From Chara braunii (Eukaryota > Plantae > Charophyceae), in NCBI GenBank assembly GCA_003427395.1, contig BFEA01000029.1, forward strand, positions 3,692,366-3,756,365: a DNA stretch of 64,000 bases, written 5' to 3'. Of this stretch, positions 59,631 through 64,000 are shown piece after piece. The notes below the pieces were generated by a model. The model had not been told where the DNA came from and made no database searches. It was given only the letters and a program-made list of their open reading frames with translations. Numbering within the stretch: the stretch's first letter is position 1; every line of letters starts with the position of its first letter. Position numbers and translations under genes: made by a program.

Positions 59631-62600
59631 CGGGGTTGGACTTAGCCCTGACAGCTGTGGTGCATATGTGGGCCAAGTACTGGTGGTTTAGCAAACAGAA
59701 AAGGTAGAGAGGTGGCAAAAATTGCTCTCGTTGTCGAGTCCCCTTTCTCTTGTCCATTCCGGTAGGCTACCTTCTTCCCCCGAACATAATGCATATACAT
59801 CGTAAGCGAATACAACGCATAGGGTGAGTTCTGTTCGAATACGTTCTATTCGAATAGCACTGTATTTCGAATAGAACGCATATGCCTTCTATTCTATTTT
59901 TTCATATTTTTCAAACTCGAATACAACGCATACACGTTATGTTTGGGGGAAGAAGGTAGGATCTGGGTTGGCCGATGCTTTCCGGGCATCAAGCTATAGC
60001 CTGGCAGGTGGGTCCGGGCCTTAGTGTCCGGCCCCACTACCAGCCCAGGGCTACTGCCCCACACGGAATGATTCCAAGGCTGCCACCAATAGCCCACGGC
60101 CACCTCTCACGGAGGAAGAAGGAATTCTGTATTGTTTTTTCCCGTTTTGTTTTGAAAGGGCGAGAGCACCACGTAATTCATAATTGTTGTATTCTGTTCA
60201 TCTGATGGCAGCTGGATTCGAACTTTCGCTCTGAATTTCAACAGTTCATTGTGTGTACCAACTGAGCTAGGCCCGCTCGTGAATTCTGTGCTGTGTCCGC
60301 ATCACCACCTTTGGTTTTGTTGCCCATGGGCCTCGCTCCACTACACAGCACTTTACATGCCTTCGGACGCATTCTGGACCCCATGCATTTGAAATGTTTG
60401 CCTCGTCCGGATGCATGTAGACTGTTGTGTAGTGGAGCGAGGCGGCATGTGTCAGTGAACCACGTTGGACCAGAGTATGCAACGCGGAGGGCAACCTCAG
60501 ATCGCCAGGTCTGATCACCACCTTGTTTTTTTCTTTTCTTTTTTTTTCCTTTCTTTGCCTTACCACCTCATTGGGCAGTATCGCGTTTGTGGCCGACGTG
60601 TCCCTCCTCTCCTCCCTCCTTCCCTCATTTCTATGTGCCTGTGCTCACACGAAGACCTTCCTTTTTCCCTTCTCTTTCACACGAAGGCCTGAATCCGGTT
60701 CTTAACGACAGCCAGAGCATACTCGCTGTAGTACTACTTCGACTGATTCTTTGCTCCGGTCGTGCTCAAATACATCGAGAGTTGGCTATGATTCCGGTCA
60801 GAAACATGTACGCAAGTCCTTGTGTGCGTAAGCTCCAGGATAAACCCGTGAAAGCCCTGTACTCAGCCAAAAGACACGTATATACCGCGTCTTTTTTCTT
60901 GGCAGAAAAAGCCAAAAACCGTCTGCCTGATGATGTGGATATGGAAGTTGAGAGCTCGAGAGCTCGAGCATTTCTATGTGTGGGTCTATTAAGTGGAGTG
61001 CGAGCGACAGGTGGGATCAGCAATGGGCCTTGTCCTGTGGACTGCGGGTCAGGTCCCACATGGAGCATTGTTTTATGCTCTGGCGATGCTCATGCTTATT
61101 CGGGCGCTATTCTCATTTGGGGCATCGGCCAGTTGGGCCGATGTTGGCTGGTCGCTGGCTTTGCGCCGCGTTGTCCCGACATACTGAATTATAAGGGCTA
61201 TCCCCTGGGCTTCAAGGACGTCTAGGTAAGCTTGGACGCCATCAGCACTTCGTCCCGACCCACAGTGGCGCATCCGAAGAAGGAATTTGCTGACTGTACG
61301 ACAATCGTGCAGTATACTTCGAGCGAGCGGGCGAAGTACTGGTTAGGGTTCAACCCCAAATATAGAAAGTGAAAAGTCAAGTCGGCAGCTGAGACAGATG
61401 AGCGCTCGCGCATGTGAGCTGAGGACGAGGCCGCTCTTTGAGCTCCAAGTGGACGATTTGCCCCGCCGTTGACACAGCGTGGCATTATCCCGGGCGCCGC
61501 CTGCTTCTTGGCCTGGACGGGACCTCTTCTAGGTCCCAGCAAGTGCTGAACGCTGAAAGCGAGTGGAGTACCCCCGTGGGATGGTGCGACGCGCGCCCGC
61601 ACGGGCAGGGAAGAATGGGCGCGGCAGTCCCCCTACCGGTAGCAACTTGGGCGGCGGGGTCGCGGCGCGCGCCAAAGCTATTTGCGATTCGCGATAGTGC
61701 TTCATCTTTTCGAGGCTTTTTTTTCAATTATTATTTTCCCTCTTTTTCTTTTTGAAGATTCGGATTGTGATTTCCTCGTTTTCTGCGCTGTGGTCACTCT
61801 GCTTTGTCGTACGGCGGGAGAAGCGCCCTCAATTTGAGAGCAGCATTCCGCAGGGCGGCGTGGAAGGCCAAGTGGGATCGGCCCGTGGCGCGCTACCTCC
61901 AGCAGTCCCACCCAAAGCGAGCGGCGAGCGCAGTGTGTGACTAGGCCATGCGGAAGAAAGGAAAGGAGGCGCGTGCGACGTGGACGTCCCACTGGCCATT
62001 TGTGGCGCGCCGATCTGTATTTTGGTGCAATGCAAGACGGGGGGGGGACGTGTGGTGTGGTGGAGGCAAGAAAGAATTGAAACGCAGAACGAATGAAGGC
62101 GGGAAGGCGGGAAGCGGTGGTGGCAGCTACCTACGGTAGCCTCGGCTGGAGGGCCGCGAGAGTGTTGACTGGGAAAGAAAAGGGAAGGAAAGGAGGTCGA
62201 TTCCGAAAATCGAAAATCCGAAAAAGAAAGAGGGCAAAAAAAAAGGAAGAATAGAGGCGGGGACTGGGTTCGGCTGGAGGTTAGGAAAGCGTGGGGACCG
62301 TCGGTTGGCGCAATCGACGCCCCTGGACTTGCCTCGTCATCGTTGGGAGCCGTGCAGCGCTGGTTGTCGGGTAGCGGACCAGTCACCAGCCTGGACACCC
62401 ACATCGGACGAATATGGCCAACAAGGCCAGGAAAGAGTGCGCGAGGAGTAATCTCTGGCGTGGCAGCGCGAAGAGGCCGGAAAGCGACTTTCGACAGTGG
62501 CACGTCACCGCCAGCAAGGGCAACAGCGAAGCATCAAGGGGCCACGAAGGCCGCCAGTTCCACCATCCGTCGCCTGGGAGTAGGCACAGTTGGCGCCTCG

Positions 62601-62872
62601 TCACAAGCATGCGGGACGGAGAGAGCGAGAAGAAGAGAAGAGCGGCGCACACGTGGGTAACTGAAAGGACCTGGATACCCGTGCGCGCGATTCGTCCCTT
62701 CATGTCAGCTCGCCGCTCACGAGCTCTAGCTATGGCGTGCGATCCACCCGAACGTTGACAGCGCGGGCATGGAATGTCCCTTTTGCTCTTGTCATCCGAA
62801 GATTGCGTCTGTTTAAGTGGAATTGAGGAATAGCGCGATTTTGAACACTCACTCACACACACACACACACGC

Positions 62873-62892
62873 AGCGAGCGAGCGAGCGAGCG

Positions 62893-62966
<74 letters not shown>

Positions 62967-62967
62967 N

Positions 62968-63050
<83 letters not shown>
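62873..63050. repeat. (GAGC)n/(GA)n microsatellite
   Basis: Direct observation. Confidence 0.95.
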
Positions 63051-63052
<2 letters not shown>

Positions 63053-64000
63053 CCATCCCGATTGGAATTGGGCTAGTGAACGCGGCGTGTTCTGCAGGAA
63101 CGATCCTCGAGACGTCAACCTGAAGGGCACCCTCAATGGGGGAAAGCGGTCGCGAAGATCCTACGACCGGGTTGGAGGCTAGACGAGGTGGGTTCTACTA
63201 TCTTCATATTCATCTCCCTCCGCTCAGGAGTAGTGCAGGCTGTTCTTACGTCTTCGTCTCGTCTTTCTCGATTCGCTATTTTCTCTGTTTCTCTTCCGTC
63301 ATCTGAGGTTCATTTCCTGTCTCTCGTTGTCGCGTCGTTACTTCCTCACCTGTGACAAACTCATCTGGGCTAATGAGCTTCGGGTGAATTTGCACTTGCG
63401 CCTCAACCCCCGAGCTTGCGATCATCTTCAACCCGAATCGGTGTTATTGACAGTGCGATTGAAATAGCTGGGCGAATGTTCAGTAAAGTTCAACTGGGCT
63501 CTCCAAGGGGCATGAATGCAGACAACGTGAGGAGAGTTGGCCGATGTTTATGTGTTCTTTCCATTCTCTCCTCTATGAAGTATGTTTCCCTTCCTTTCTC
63601 TGCCCGGACGTGTCGGAGCTCATAATTGCCGTCCATGTGTTCCAAAACCTCCCGACTTCCCTTCTCCCCAGTTTCCGCTCCGCGCCTCCCGCCTCCATTG
63701 CGCAAGGTTCTTCCTGCTTTTGGCTACCTGATATCAGTATCTTGCGCTATCTCACACATTCGCACTGGTCGTCATTTCTTTCCCCCCTCACCTCTTAATG
63801 ACGCGCAGCAGACCGATTTCTGCCGGTGCTTTTTTCTGCCTCTCCCTACACGCTCTTCCTCCTGTGCTGCCGGCTTCCTTCCTCTCCGTCTTGACAATGT
63901 TTCTTTTTCCTTTCCATCGGCTTTTTTACAACTTTCGGCAGTATAATTTCTGGTGTAACTCATTCTCTGTTATTGGCATCCCGTTCTCAATTCTCTCCCC

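Noticed and set aside
60587-62868. Several 100-220 aa ORFs on both strands
   Set aside because: They overlap in GC-rich DNA and have no recognisable motif. A Ulp1-like reading was considered but lacks the catalytic residues.

Overview
This is a repeat-saturated eukaryotic window with many N gaps and no intact host gene that I can recognise. The style of the elements suggests a charophyte alga such as Chara; this is an inference only. From left to right: (1) a decayed Ty3/Gypsy LTR retrotransposon on the minus strand (gag, PR, RT, RH, IN, candidate LTR 12533-13390), whose integrase GPY/F tail is split by a complete-ended ~7 kb hAT DNA transposon (383-7361, TIRs plus TSD, pseudogenised transposase); (2) microsatellite-rich non-autonomous elements and a ~50 bp 28S rRNA fragment; (3) a mostly non-coding retroelement-like block (22790-~31140); (4) a decayed L1/Tx1-like LINE ORF2; (5) several minisatellite tracts and fragments of further LTR and hAT elements. 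The most unusual signal is in block 3: an array of about 12 stem-loops (26684-27620) that keep a near-invariant UAAGUU apical loop while the stems vary with compensatory and G-U changes, which looks like a natural multimeric RNA protein-binding array. Other candidates are a conserved three-way-junction RNA motif present twice, two hammerhead-ribozyme-like cores beside (TA)n/(CA)n tracts, and an 18-bp palindrome shared by three diverged element termini.
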